Below are positions 8,789-18,180 of a DNA stretch of 64,000 bases, one piece after another (within the stretch, counting starts at the first letter, position 1; each line of letters begins with the position of its first letter). Under the pieces are notes generated by a model, which searched no databases, had not been told where the DNA came from, and saw nothing but the letters and a program-made list of their open reading frames with translations. A program made the position numbers and the translations under genes. Origin of the DNA: a virus (lineage: Duplodnaviria; Caudoviricetes); IMG/VR virus record IMGVR_UViG_3300027749_000080, positions 1-64,000 of that record; one strand, 5' to 3'.

Positions 8789-9733
8789 TTATAGGTCCCA
8801 ATCAGTTGATGCCGGAACAGTGAAGTAGCTGGTACCATCAAAGTTAACACTACCTCCACCGCTTGTGAATGGAGAGTCTGAACTCCAAGCAGCTGAACCA
8901 ACATTGGTAATTGTTCGAGCAAACGTAGATGAATCAGTTGTTAAACTTCCACTAGCTGTTGCAAGTATTAAGAATTTAGTATCATCAACCGCGGTTAATG
9001 GAGAAGTTGGAACGCTGAATGACGATCCAGAATAAAGAGATCGAGCAGTCCATCTAAAGTTAGTCATTTTACCTTTAACTTGACTATCTGGCCCTGGCTC
9101 TGCTCCAATATATAAAACATTAGAATTAGACGGAATTGCGGCATTCCATGTTCCAGTTGCTTCACGTGTACCATTTATATAAAGTGAAAGACTTCCGTTT
9201 GATCGAGTTACTGCCATATGATGCCATGTATTAGTAGCTAGAGCTAATGAGCCTTTATCAACTTTATAACCTCCGCCAGTCCACCAATAAACGTGACCTC
9301 CAGTTTGTTCAATTGAAACGGCATTTGGTGCAGGGAATGCTCCCAATGAATATGGTCGTGGATGTCCAGTAGGAGTAGCCCAACTTGTAACTTTAATCCA
9401 CCATTCAATTGTAAAGTCAATACCCGGTACACTAGTTGTAGTTGTTGTAGTTGCAGCAGCTGTTGTAGTTGTTGTAGTAGGAGCAGCGGTTGTAGTTGTG
9501 GTAGTAGGAGCAGCGGTTGTAGTTGTGGTAGTCGGAGCAGCGGTTGTAGTTGTTGTAGTTATTTGTCCACCTCCACCACCAGCAGCGGCCGCTGCATTTG
9601 CAGCTTGATTACCAGCCTGACGGGCTTCCATTATATGTTTATTAATTGCAAGTTCTCGCATTTCTTCTTCATATTTAAGACGAGCCACTTTTTGATCAGG
9701 AGTTTCTTCACCCCAGTTAATAAATTTATCCAT
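8789..9733 (-). CDS. LamG/concanavalin-A-like domain protein with Thr-rich mucin-like linker (putative virion surface/adhesion protein)
   Basis: DFTIEWW, NTWHHMAVTRSNG, LYINGT, LYIG, GKMTNFRW LamG motifs; late promoter at 9759-9766. Confidence 0.8.
   Translation of the reverse strand: MDKFINWGEETPDQKVARLKYEEEMRELAINKHIMEARQAGNQAANAAAAAGGGGGQITTTTTTAAPTTTTTTAAPTTTTTTAAPTTTTTTAAATTTTTTSVPGIDFTIEWWIKVTSWATPTGHPRPYSLGAFPAPNAVSIEQTGGHVYWWTGGGYKVDKGSLALATNTWHHMAVTRSNGSLSLYINGTREATGTWNAAIPSNSNVLYIGAEPGPDSQVKGKMTNFRWTARSLYSGSSFSVPTSPLTAVDDTKFLILATASGSLTTDSSTFARTITNVGSAAWSSDSPFTSGGGSVNFDGTSYFTVPASTDWDL
9434..9559 (-). repeat. coding tandem repeat, 27-nt unit (TTTTTTAAP x4 plus T6)
   Basis: gttgtagttgtggtagtaggagcagcg-type units on the plus strand. 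Confidence 0.9.
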
Positions 9734-9758
9734 TCGATAGTAGTATTTTTAATTAGAG

Positions 9759-10652
9759 TTATTTATTTTGACCGCTAATCCAAGTTTCAAAATCAGTCTC
9801 AGGTTTCCAAGATAATATTGAATCTGCTCTATCAATATTTGCAAGACTTGCCTTTGGTTCAAGCCTAAAACCAATCGATTCAGTCTTTCCGCCTAGCATC
9901 GCTGCAATTTGATTAACGCTAAGAGATTTTCCTGAGCCTATATTAATAACTGAGTGCAGAAATTTAGATGACATTGCTAAAAAGTTAGCTATGGCAACGT
10001 CTTTAACGTGAATAAAGTCTCTGGTTTGATTACCGTCATTTACAATCGGTAATTTTTTACCGAGTTTAGAATTTTCTAAAAAGATTGGAATAATCGACCG
10101 GTATGAACTTTTTGGATTGGTTCTTTCTCCAAATACATTAAAATATCTTAAACAGGTTGTAACTATTCCATAATTATGCGAATATAACTTACAATACTGT
10201 TCACCAACTTGTTTACTTAAAGCATATGGTGAAATTGGATCAGGTTCAACTTGTTCAGAAGTAGGCGTAATCAAAGTATTTCCATATACTGAGCTTGATG
10301 AACTAAATACGAATTTTTTAACCTCAGCGATTCTGCATGCTTCAAGCATATTAACTGTACCAGTAATATTAACTTGGTTATAAGGTTTAGGATCCTCTAA
10401 TGATCCCTGTACTGAGGTTAATGCTGCTAAATGGAATACACATTCAGAACCTTTAATGATGGTAGCAATCTTCTTGGGATCATCTGCAATATCATAGACC
10501 CTAAGATCAACTTTGCCCTTAGGTAAATTTGAACGTTTTCCACTAGACAAATCGTCTATTACGGTTACTACATAACCTTCCTGTAAGAGAAGATCAACTA
10601 GGTGAGAGCCGATAAAACCTGCTCCACCAGTTACTGTTACTTTTTGAGTCAT
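9759..10652 (-). CDS. NAD-dependent NDP-sugar 4-epimerase (GalE/WbpP-like)
   Basis: TGGAGFIGSHL, FSSSSSVYG, PYALSK, LRYFNVFG, GNQTRDFIHV. Confidence 0.9.
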   Translation of the reverse strand: MTQKVTVTGGAGFIGSHLVDLLLQEGYVVTVIDDLSSGKRSNLPKGKVDLRVYDIADDPKKIATIIKGSECVFHLAALTSVQGSLEDPKPYNQVNITGTVNMLEACRIAEVKKFVFSSSSSVYGNTLITPTSEQVEPDPISPYALSKQVGEQYCKLYSHNYGIVTTCLRYFNVFGERTNPKSSYRSIIPIFLENSKLGKKLPIVNDGNQTRDFIHVKDVAIANFLAMSSKFLHSVINIGSGKSLSVNQIAAMLGGKTESIGFRLEPKASLANIDRADSILSWKPETDFETWISGQNK

Positions 10653-10663
10653 CTATATTAAAA

Positions 10664-12343
10664 TTAAAGTTGTCCTTTAGTTCCAACTTCAGAAGAGGTT
10701 TCACCAGTTGGGGCAGTTTCTCCAGCTGGAGCAGCAGGTGCTCCACCACCAGCAGCAGCAGCTCCACCTCCACCAGCCGCAGCTTCTGCTGCTTGGCCAA
10801 AGGCAGCTAAGTAATTACGATTCTTGTCAATATCTTCATCACTTAGTTTTAAGTATTCCTTAATTAGGTACTCTGTTGAGAAATACGGTTTGTTTTCATC
10901 GTCAACTACAGCTTTCATTGAATTTAAGGTTGCAAGACGCTTATTCAATAATTCTTGATTCTTGATTTCTTCAAACACATTATCATCATGCCATACCATA
11001 CCAACGGCATTTGCAAATTTGTGATCGGCTTTAAGATCTTTAACATCCAAACACATTTGTAAATAAAGAGGTTTTGTAATAAGTTCTTTATAGGCAGAGC
11101 GTAACCGTTTTACAAATTTATTGTATCTAATCTCTTCGCGTGAAATACCTTCAGCATTCATAGTATATGCACCTTGACCTTCAGACCAACGTGAATAAGG
11201 TAATTTAGAATCAAGCTTTAATTTATCATGAAAGTACTTTAATAATTCTGAACCTGATAAATTTGGTCCAGGATATTCAAGTGCTTCAATCTCAATTTTC
11301 TCTCCACGATCATTTACTGGAAGAACGTAATTTTTATAGAATAGAATATTAGGTTTTCCATCAACACTTAATTCTCCAGTAGAACCGTCAAATGAAATAT
11401 CTTCTTTTAGGGTATTTGTAAATTCCCTAACGTCTTCTTTTGCTTTTTGCATTGATTTTGTTCCAACTGGCACGGTAGTCTTTAAGCGGATTGGCGCATT
11501 CATTGTATGCCAAATAACTTTAGAGTGTTCAATTAAACGAAGTAGATTAAATGATCTAACTAGACGTTCAACAAAACTTACCCGCTTTGTTCTGAATTCA
11601 TTTGAGTATGAAATATAGATTATTTGAGAGTCAGTTAATGTGCGATTCATTTTATTTAATGGATCACGCTGTGCCCATTGTAGATAAATCAAACCTGCCG
11701 CATCTTTTTTAACTTCAGGATAAAGAGTAGATGGATCTAATTCTTTAAATCCAATAATATCTTTTGGATTTGTTAAGTTATCATAAATAATCTCAAAAGC
11801 CAAATGGCCCTCAATTAACCATTGATAAAAATACTGCCATGCAGAAATACCACGATCAAAACTCCAAGCACTATAAATCTTTTCAAAATTTTCACGATAC
11901 TTATCAATTACCTTTTCTTGGTAGTTAAGACGTTCTTCTTTATTTTTACCTCGATAGTTAATTTCTCCAAGTAAGTCATTTGGATAACAGAATCGGTTAT
12001 CTTCATCATATACAATTGCATCATCAGTAATTGTCTCAATTATAAACTCAATTTCACCGTTTGATGCAAGATCACGAAGACGTTCTCTTTTTTGAACATA
12101 ATCTAATTGAAAAAATGCAATTGATTTGTTTTTTAATGATGAAGTTGTATCAGATAAGGCAAGGGTTGCTCTCATTAGATCATCGCCCATTGCATTATTA
12201 AAGCCAGTCATCTGACCTTCAATATAACCAATTGCTTGAGAGTTTTTTACCAAAAGGTCATCGTACTTCATACCAAAACGGCTTAGAGCGGTTAAACCTG
12301 ATCTAAGGCCTCTTAATGGGTTACTATCTAAAAATCCTGCCAT
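10664..12343 (-). CDS. gp20: portal protein, T4 gp20-like
   Basis: IETITDDAIV, FNLLRLIEHSKVIWHTMNAPIR, LKYFHDKL...LPYSR, ISREEIRYNKFVKRLRSAY, typical of gp20. Confidence 0.85.
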   Translation of the reverse strand: MAGFLDSNPLRGLRSGLTALSRFGMKYDDLLVKNSQAIGYIEGQMTGFNNAMGDDLMRATLALSDTTSSLKNKSIAFFQLDYVQKRERLRDLASNGEIEFIIETITDDAIVYDEDNRFCYPNDLLGEINYRGKNKEERLNYQEKVIDKYRENFEKIYSAWSFDRGISAWQYFYQWLIEGHLAFEIIYDNLTNPKDIIGFKELDPSTLYPEVKKDAAGLIYLQWAQRDPLNKMNRTLTDSQIIYISYSNEFRTKRVSFVERLVRSFNLLRLIEHSKVIWHTMNAPIRLKTTVPVGTKSMQKAKEDVREFTNTLKEDISFDGSTGELSVDGKPNILFYKNYVLPVNDRGEKIEIEALEYPGPNLSGSELLKYFHDKLKLDSKLPYSRWSEGQGAYTMNAEGISREEIRYNKFVKRLRSAYKELITKPLYLQMCLDVKDLKADHKFANAVGMVWHDDNVFEEIKNQELLNKRLATLNSMKAVVDDENKPYFSTEYLIKEYLKLSDEDIDKNRNYLAAFGQAAEAAAGGGGAAAAGGGAPAAPAGETAPTGETSSEVGTKGQL

Positions 12344-12352
12344 TTATTTGTT

Positions 12353-13018
12353 TTATTTTATTTCAAAGAGTGAAAAACTTGATCTTGCTGATATCATTTC
12401 ATCAGTTGAATAGTTTGCTAGGTGTAATTTAGGCACATCATTCCAATCTATTAATGACAAATTTCTCATCTTTTCTCTATTGTATTTATTCACCAGAAGA
12501 TTGAATTTAATATCGGGTAAACCAGATACAGCTTTAATAAAGTCTAAGTTAACTCTATAAAAGGCAGAAAGTTCACTCATTCTGAGCCGTTTATCAATAT
12601 CAATCAAGGTTCCATCTGAATAGCATTTATCAAGCAAATTTGCAACCTGCTTAAGATACGTTCGGATAAACTTTTTACGTAAAGGTTGTGACATTAACTT
12701 GACATTTAAGCCAAATCCATCAGTACTTAGTGCCAAAAAGATTGGCCGATTATCGTAAAATGGCTTTTTAACTTTTGGATACCGTTCAATTAGTGAATCT
12801 TCTCTAGTTGATGGGTTCTTCATCATTTCATATTCGTCAAACGTTGGAACCTGATCAGGCCCAATTGGGTCAAGCTCTATGTGAGTATAAAAATGCCCAG
12901 GCATTAAATAGGTCTTTGATGTATTTGTATTTGAACCGAATATATGATTTGGATTTGGACTAAACTCTGGGTCTGTTCCATTTTGATAAAAGTCCTTTAA
13001 TTTCTCTAATTGATTCAT
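12353..13018 (-). CDS. gp2: DNA end-protector-like protein, T4 gp2-like
   Basis: PGHFY...FYDNRPIFL...GFGLNVKLMSQPLRKKFI resembles the gp2 PG.LY...YYD.FP...GLNLHYL...R..FL pattern; adjacent to gp4 as in T4-like phages. Confidence 0.55.
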   Translation of the reverse strand: MNQLEKLKDFYQNGTDPEFSPNPNHIFGSNTNTSKTYLMPGHFYTHIELDPIGPDQVPTFDEYEMMKNPSTREDSLIERYPKVKKPFYDNRPIFLALSTDGFGLNVKLMSQPLRKKFIRTYLKQVANLLDKCYSDGTLIDIDKRLRMSELSAFYRVNLDFIKAVSGLPDIKFNLLVNKYNREKMRNLSLIDWNDVPKLHLANYSTDEMISARSSFSLFEIK

Positions 13019-13027
13019 TTATATCTT

Positions 13028-13534
13028 TTATATTGATTTGAACAGAAAGTTTTCGGTTATTATGCCAAATTTTAAACCTCTTACTGATGCAAACTCTTTA
13101 GCTGCTTCAAATTTAGCCTGGTTCACAATATATTGTTTTGCAGCATATACATAATTAGCAGTTTGTTTGTCAGTCATTCTGGCTGGAGCAGTTGGCGGTT
13201 TTGTATACTTATCAGGTTTTACTTCAATTAAGTATTTTGATTCAAGACCGCTTGCATCTTTAACTATAATTAAGAAATCAATATAATATGTGTGAGCTCG
13301 TTTATCTAATGGCGAGTAATATGGAATTCCAATTGGTTCACTTGCGTATTTTATAACGGTTGGGCTGCTATCACACCATTTTAGGAACTTAAATTCCCAT
13401 GAACTTCTAAACACAATATTATTGGGATCACCTAAATATTTCTCTGGTTGTGCAGGTTTAAAATAACCCTGTCTAATTTTACCTGCTCTAGGTTTTAGGA
13501 AGTCTTGAATCTTCTTTGGTTCTTTAGGTTTCAT
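13028..13534 (-). CDS. gp4: head-completion nuclease, T4 gp4-like (TnsA-like PD-(D/E)xK)
   Basis: KYLGDPNNIVFRSSWEFKFLKWCD, SEPIGIPY, YYIDF, LIEVKP, NQAKFEAA; perfect TATAAATA at 13540-13547. Confidence 0.88.
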   Translation of the reverse strand: MKPKEPKKIQDFLKPRAGKIRQGYFKPAQPEKYLGDPNNIVFRSSWEFKFLKWCDSSPTVIKYASEPIGIPYYSPLDKRAHTYYIDFLIIVKDASGLESKYLIEVKPDKYTKPPTAPARMTDKQTANYVYAAKQYIVNQAKFEAAKEFASVRGLKFGIITENFLFKSI

Positions 13535-13542
13535 ATAGTTAT

Positions 13543-14664
13543 TTATAGGTACGCCATGTCAAACACGGAATCGCTAAAATAACTGTTGAGCCAAAGGTTA
13601 AAGTCTTTAAGTGAATATTGGGAATCCCTATCATGTATATAGCAGAATAGGTCATTAATGTCTTTGACTTTATTTAATGAAACTTGGTCATCAACCGAAC
13701 TAAATTTTCTTTTTAGGTCGCCAATTGCTTTATTCCATAAAAATACGGAATATCCTTGTTTAATAAAGTTCATCATTTGGGTTTTACCAGCCTTGTCTCG
13801 GTCAAATAAGACTTGAGTTGCGCCTTTTGCTCCAAGATTAGAAAAAATACTTCGGGCCTTTGATGCTCCAGAGGTTGCAATTGCATTATCTACAAATAGA
13901 GAGTCAAATTGGCCCTCAGTCATTCGGATAGGTTTACTAAAATCAATATTTAAGATATTAAAATAATTATTTAGAAAATTAGCATCCTCTACTAATTCTT
14001 TGGTTAAACCCCTTTGTGAAAATATTTGAGAAAGATCAGTATATGATTTAATAATATATTTACGCTCAGTATTTGGATCAAGATTACGAATTGAAAATCC
14101 TAATAACCTACCAGATCGCTTGTCAAAATTAAAAATATAAACCTTATTATCAGAGGAGTCAGTATAGAGGCAATCTCCAAAATCTTCAATTAAGTTAAGT
14201 CCTCTACCTTTTATGTATTGGTATGCAGTAGAAGTTTCATCAACTAAGTCAAGTCTTTTTAACGAAAACCTGTTAATTACATCAGTTATTTTAACTAATT
14301 GTGAAGTATCAGAAGTTAGGAATCGGATTAATTGATTCTCGGTTCGCTTTGACTGAACAGGTTTGTACTCATCCTCTAAAATAAAACTTGGCAACATTAT
14401 TCCATGCTGCTTGCTCATTCGCGCTACAAATTCTCCAACTGTCATGTATGCCATGCAGCCATCGTTAAAACATTTGTAGGCTCCAGTATCTAAATATAGA
14501 TTACCACGCTTCTTAGCAACTTTTTTATCAGAGTCACCGCAAATTGGACATGCAAAATTTAATTTACGGCCAGTATCACCATCAATTTTTTGTTTTTCTG
14601 GCACATCATGGAATCTCTTACGCAGAAGAGTTTCAATGAATGCGGTTATTTCTTCAATCTTCAT
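13543..14664 (-). CDS. gp61: DNA primase, gp61-like
   Basis: Zn ribbon NFACPICGDS...KKRG...YKCFN.GC; TOPRIM TEGQFDS and FDRD. Confidence 0.85.
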   Translation of the reverse strand: MKIEEITAFIETLLRKRFHDVPEKQKIDGDTGRKLNFACPICGDSDKKVAKKRGNLYLDTGAYKCFNDGCMAYMTVGEFVARMSKQHGIMLPSFILEDEYKPVQSKRTENQLIRFLTSDTSQLVKITDVINRFSLKRLDLVDETSTAYQYIKGRGLNLIEDFGDCLYTDSSDNKVYIFNFDKRSGRLLGFSIRNLDPNTERKYIIKSYTDLSQIFSQRGLTKELVEDANFLNNYFNILNIDFSKPIRMTEGQFDSLFVDNAIATSGASKARSIFSNLGAKGATQVLFDRDKAGKTQMMNFIKQGYSVFLWNKAIGDLKRKFSSVDDQVSLNKVKDINDLFCYIHDRDSQYSLKDFNLWLNSYFSDSVFDMAYL

Positions 14665-16276
14665 TAGTTACGGCTACTGCCTTTACTGGTTTGGGTTTAA
14701 TTGCGTTTTTATAAGCCTTTTCTAAATCGTATCCCATTTTAGAATAGTCTTTGCCAGTTTTAACGGCTTTTTCGTATTTGTCAGTCTGTAACCATACTCT
14801 TCCATCTGGTGAATTAATTTCAGTCCAACCATTCTCTGCTAAATAGGCTTCCATAACTTCTTGTGGAATTGCAAATGGATCTTCAACTTCAATGCCTAAC
14901 TTCTTTGCAACTCTGTCTCTATATTTAGCAAGCTCGTGTTTTGGAACAATTACTGTAGTTAAGCCATATTTAGAAATAGCTGAAATATAGGTTGTAAATA
15001 ATTCTGGCGGTACTTGTAAATCCGGATTACCAATAAACGTTTGGCAACTTTCTGGAATTTCACAATATTCTAAAGTTTCAGTATTTACTGAATATAGTGG
15101 GAATGTTTCTTCTGGCGTAAAATCTTTGCTGCGACTTCTTGATTTAACTACTTCAATTTTTCGGGTTAATTTTGGAGTTAACTCAGTAAATCCAATTGCA
15201 ACCAATAATTTATTGATTGGCTCAATAATTAATCTAAAGAATTGCTGATCGCGATCCATAGGTACTGCAATTTCTTCAGGATAAGAACCTGGAGCATAGG
15301 CAAAAATATCAAAGTTATATGCATTCTGTGCTGCATAATAAAATTTAATTTTTGAACCACTGCGAATTAGTGGATACTTTTGATTGTTTGTTGATTTAAT
15401 TAAGTGATTATGATAGGCAACTGCTCTACCGTAAATTGGCATTCCAGTTTCTAATACTAGTGGAACTAAACTTTTTAGGTACTCTTCATAAACTCTAACT
15501 GAGAAGTTAAATGCAATTTCTTCAACTGGTAAAGCATCGCATTCAGTTTTTAGTGTTGCCAGTTTTGGAATAAGATCACCTTCTAAGTCAATATTATAGC
15601 CAATATCAAGTAGATAGGAATAAAGTGTTTGTAAATGTTGTCTTGCCCAAACTGGATATGAGGCTTGAATTGCCTCAAGCCCTTTAATAATTAATGACTC
15701 TTTATCTAAAAGGCGTTCGTGCTTATTATCTTTATACGAAACTTTTAAAATATATTTTTTCTTAGCTAACCAAATTCCAGATCTAGATAAATTTTCAAGT
15801 TCAAAATTTTGGCGGTTATCTGTATTAAAGTGAACTGCGTATTTTTCAAACGCTTGTTCAAAATAATTTTTAAGTCGATTACGATTAATTGCCAAACAAA
15901 ATTCAAGAGATTGAGTATCAGTTAATTCAAAATCTTCAATTGAGCGTATTGCATAATCAAAGCACACATAAACTGAATCGGTATCAGTATACACAGCTGC
16001 TTCTTTCTCAATTTGATTGATTGTTTTACCTGAAATACCTAATTTCTCATGCAATTCTGTGTCAAGGTGCCACTTTTGTTGGAAATAGTGGTTGATTGCC
16101 TTGATTGAAAATTTAATTAAGTCTTGGCCTTGTAAAGTAATAGACTGCGCTATTTCGTTATTATGAAAATAGAAATACTTATTACCAAATGCACCATAAA
16201 ATGAGTTAATCAAGATCTTGATTGCATTTTGTTTTAAATCAAGTGACTTTATTTGTTGTTCTAGTTGTTTTGACAT
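14654..16276 (-). CDS. gp43: family-B DNA polymerase, C-terminal half (second fingers helix, palm, thumb, plus extension)
   Basis: Motif B KILINSFYG, SITLQGQ, motif C YTDTDS, AKKKY, KGLE; lacks exonuclease and motif A. Confidence 0.9.
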   Translation of the reverse strand: MSKQLEQQIKSLDLKQNAIKILINSFYGAFGNKYFYFHNNEIAQSITLQGQDLIKFSIKAINHYFQQKWHLDTELHEKLGISGKTINQIEKEAAVYTDTDSVYVCFDYAIRSIEDFELTDTQSLEFCLAINRNRLKNYFEQAFEKYAVHFNTDNRQNFELENLSRSGIWLAKKKYILKVSYKDNKHERLLDKESLIIKGLEAIQASYPVWARQHLQTLYSYLLDIGYNIDLEGDLIPKLATLKTECDALPVEEIAFNFSVRVYEEYLKSLVPLVLETGMPIYGRAVAYHNHLIKSTNNQKYPLIRSGSKIKFYYAAQNAYNFDIFAYAPGSYPEEIAVPMDRDQQFFRLIIEPINKLLVAIGFTELTPKLTRKIEVVKSRSRSKDFTPEETFPLYSVNTETLEYCEIPESCQTFIGNPDLQVPPELFTTYISAISKYGLTTVIVPKHELAKYRDRVAKKLGIEVEDPFAIPQEVMEAYLAENGWTEINSPDGRVWLQTDKYEKAVKTGKDYSKMGYDLEKAYKNAIKPKPVKAVAVTNED

Positions 16277-16345
16277 ATCGTGTTATACTTGGCTTTGCAT
16301 ATTTTGGTTTAATATACTAATAAATAACCTAAAAGTTAAGGAACG

Positions 16346-16957
16346 GTGAAAGAAATCACTAAAGACGAACGCTTGATTACTCAAACTTATCCATTTTTGG
16401 TAAATTTCCCATTTAGGGATGAATTTACTATGGAAATTGCAAACTCTCCGGTTCTTGCAGCAATGTTTGATGATGAATTTGAACCGGTTAGAACCTCTAA
16501 ATCACCAGTTGTAATTGATTTTATTCATAATGGTAGCCCAATAAAGTCAAAAATTTCAATATTTAAAGAAGACTTACTGTGGATAGATGAAGTTGCTAGC
16601 TCTGTTAAAAAACTTGATAAAATATCAAAACAAATAGATCGTGGACTAAAGTCAAAGGATCTATTGGTAAAACGCAATATTTCAATTGAAACTGATGAAT
16701 GGTTGACTGGTGTAGCTGATCCAAAGAGCGCATTAAGTAAAGAAGTTTTTAATGAAGTACTTGGAAGCCTTGTATCAAATCAACCCGTTGCAAAGGTTAG
16801 TGAACTTGTAACTACCATCAATAAGCTATATTTAAAAAAGGGAATAATTAAATTATCTCAAACTGATGCAAATTTAATATTTACGTTTATTCATTTTAGA
16901 TTAATTTATGCAAAGCTTATTTTGGGAATTGTTATCTCATCAAAAATATCAATATAA
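16346..16957 (+). CDS. hypothetical late protein
   Basis: GTG start; ATAAATAA at 16320-16327. Confidence 0.7.
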   Translation: MKEITKDERLITQTYPFLVNFPFRDEFTMEIANSPVLAAMFDDEFEPVRTSKSPVVIDFIHNGSPIKSKISIFKEDLLWIDEVASSVKKLDKISKQIDRGLKSKDLLVKRNISIETDEWLTGVADPKSALSKEVFNEVLGSLVSNQPVAKVSELVTTINKLYLKKGIIKLSQTDANLIFTFIHFRLIYAKLILGIVISSKISI

Positions 16958-16960
16958 CAA

Positions 16961-17338
16961 ATGGAGCAGCTAAATCAATTTATTGAATATCTTTATACAG
17001 TTGAAGAAAATTCGTCCTCCTTAAACCAAGAGCAGGTAAAAAAACTTCAAATGATTCAGTCAAAGGTTACTGAGATTGTAAATAAAGTTGAATCTATTGC
17101 AACAAATGCAGTCAATCAATTACAAACGGCTCCCCAACCTCAACTAGAATTACAGTTAGCTGAAAATTCAGTATTTAGATTTGGTGAATTTATTGAAATT
17201 AATGAGAAAATTGTACAACGAGGTAAAAACTGGGTTGTTATGAATAAAAAAGGTACTAAAGTTTTAGGTACACATCCAACCAGAGAAAAAGCAGTTAAGC
17301 AGTTACAAGCAATTGAAATAAGTAAAGCTGGCCGCTAA
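16961..17338 (+). CDS. hypothetical late protein with FGEFIEINE tag and basic C-terminal module
   Basis: VFRFGEFIEINE followed by IVQRGKNWVV...LGTHPTREKAVKQL. Confidence 0.7.
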   Translation: MEQLNQFIEYLYTVEENSSSLNQEQVKKLQMIQSKVTEIVNKVESIATNAVNQLQTAPQPQLELQLAENSVFRFGEFIEINEKIVQRGKNWVVMNKKGTKVLGTHPTREKAVKQLQAIEISKAGR

Positions 17339-18102
17339 TGAAATTACAAAGATTCCAACAGTTTATTAATGAGGCCAGGCACTGGTCAGAGGAGCCGTTT
17401 TTATATGGCAGATACGCAGAGGTGTTTACTGATTTTGGTTTTGAAGCAGATATTCCTGACTTGATTCATGCAGTTGAACAAAAATGGACGGACTTAAAGA
17501 ATAGCTATTGGTGGAATCGAGAGCAATGGCGTAAAGATCATTTTGCACTTGATGTAAAGGTACACTCTTGGCCAGAGGCTGATACTGTTAGAGAAATACT
17601 AGGAGAACCTGATATGCCAGAAGAGGCAATTGATGATGAATGGTGGGTATGGATGAATGACACACGTGAAGGATTTGTTGACGACCTGTTTAGCCTCTAT
17701 CCATGGATTGATGATATTAATTGGGGAGGTAAAAGCGGCGGCTGGTTATTATTAGCACCACCATTTGATGATGAATCTACCCGAAATGATATTGAAGAGC
17801 GATGTGACGAATATAATAGTGAAAAGCAAGACCTAAAGGAAAATGGAGATTGGGAAAAGGCTGTGGCTATTGAAAATAATCCAAATTTTCAAAGATTAAA
17901 ACAATTAGGAATAGCAAATGAACATAGCGACCTTATTGTGCTAGTCTCGCAGATTGAAGGATTTAAAAACAATTTAACTGGAACTATTGAACAATTAACA
18001 CAATGGGAATCTGATATGGAAGCAATACAAGCTAGAGTTGGTAAATTTGAAGATAATGCAGAAGAATATTTTTATGCATGGTTAAGAAGTAGAGAAGATT
18101 AA
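17338..18102 (+). CDS. acidic Trp-rich protein with N-terminal capsid-targeting-like tag
   Basis: Starts MKLQRFQQFINEA; internal NFQRLKQLGI. Confidence 0.75.
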   Translation: MKLQRFQQFINEARHWSEEPFLYGRYAEVFTDFGFEADIPDLIHAVEQKWTDLKNSYWWNREQWRKDHFALDVKVHSWPEADTVREILGEPDMPEEAIDDEWWVWMNDTREGFVDDLFSLYPWIDDINWGGKSGGWLLLAPPFDDESTRNDIEERCDEYNSEKQDLKENGDWEKAVAIENNPNFQRLKQLGIANEHSDLIVLVSQIEGFKNNLTGTIEQLTQWESDMEAIQARVGKFEDNAEEYFYAWLRSRED

Positions 18103-18107
18103 AGATA

Positions 18108-18180
18108 TACGGACTTAGGACCGTAATAGCCTCGGCTATTTGAACCTCTCGATATCGCTATCCGAGAGGTTCTTCGTTTT
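18108..18180 (+). ncRNA. candidate structured 3' element: three tandem hairpins ending in a terminator
   Basis: TACGG-ACTTAGGA-CCGTA; ATAGC-CTCG-GCTAT; GAACCTCTCG-11nt-CGAGAGGTTC then TTCGTTTT. Confidence 0.5.

Noticed and set aside
9362-9778. 138-aa Cys/Ser-rich plus-strand ORF
   Set aside because: Antisense translation of the Thr-rich repeat in the LamG gene
18108-18180. Complete tRNA-Leu gene
   Set aside because: Only an anticodon-like loop; no acceptor stem, D-arm or canonical T-loop
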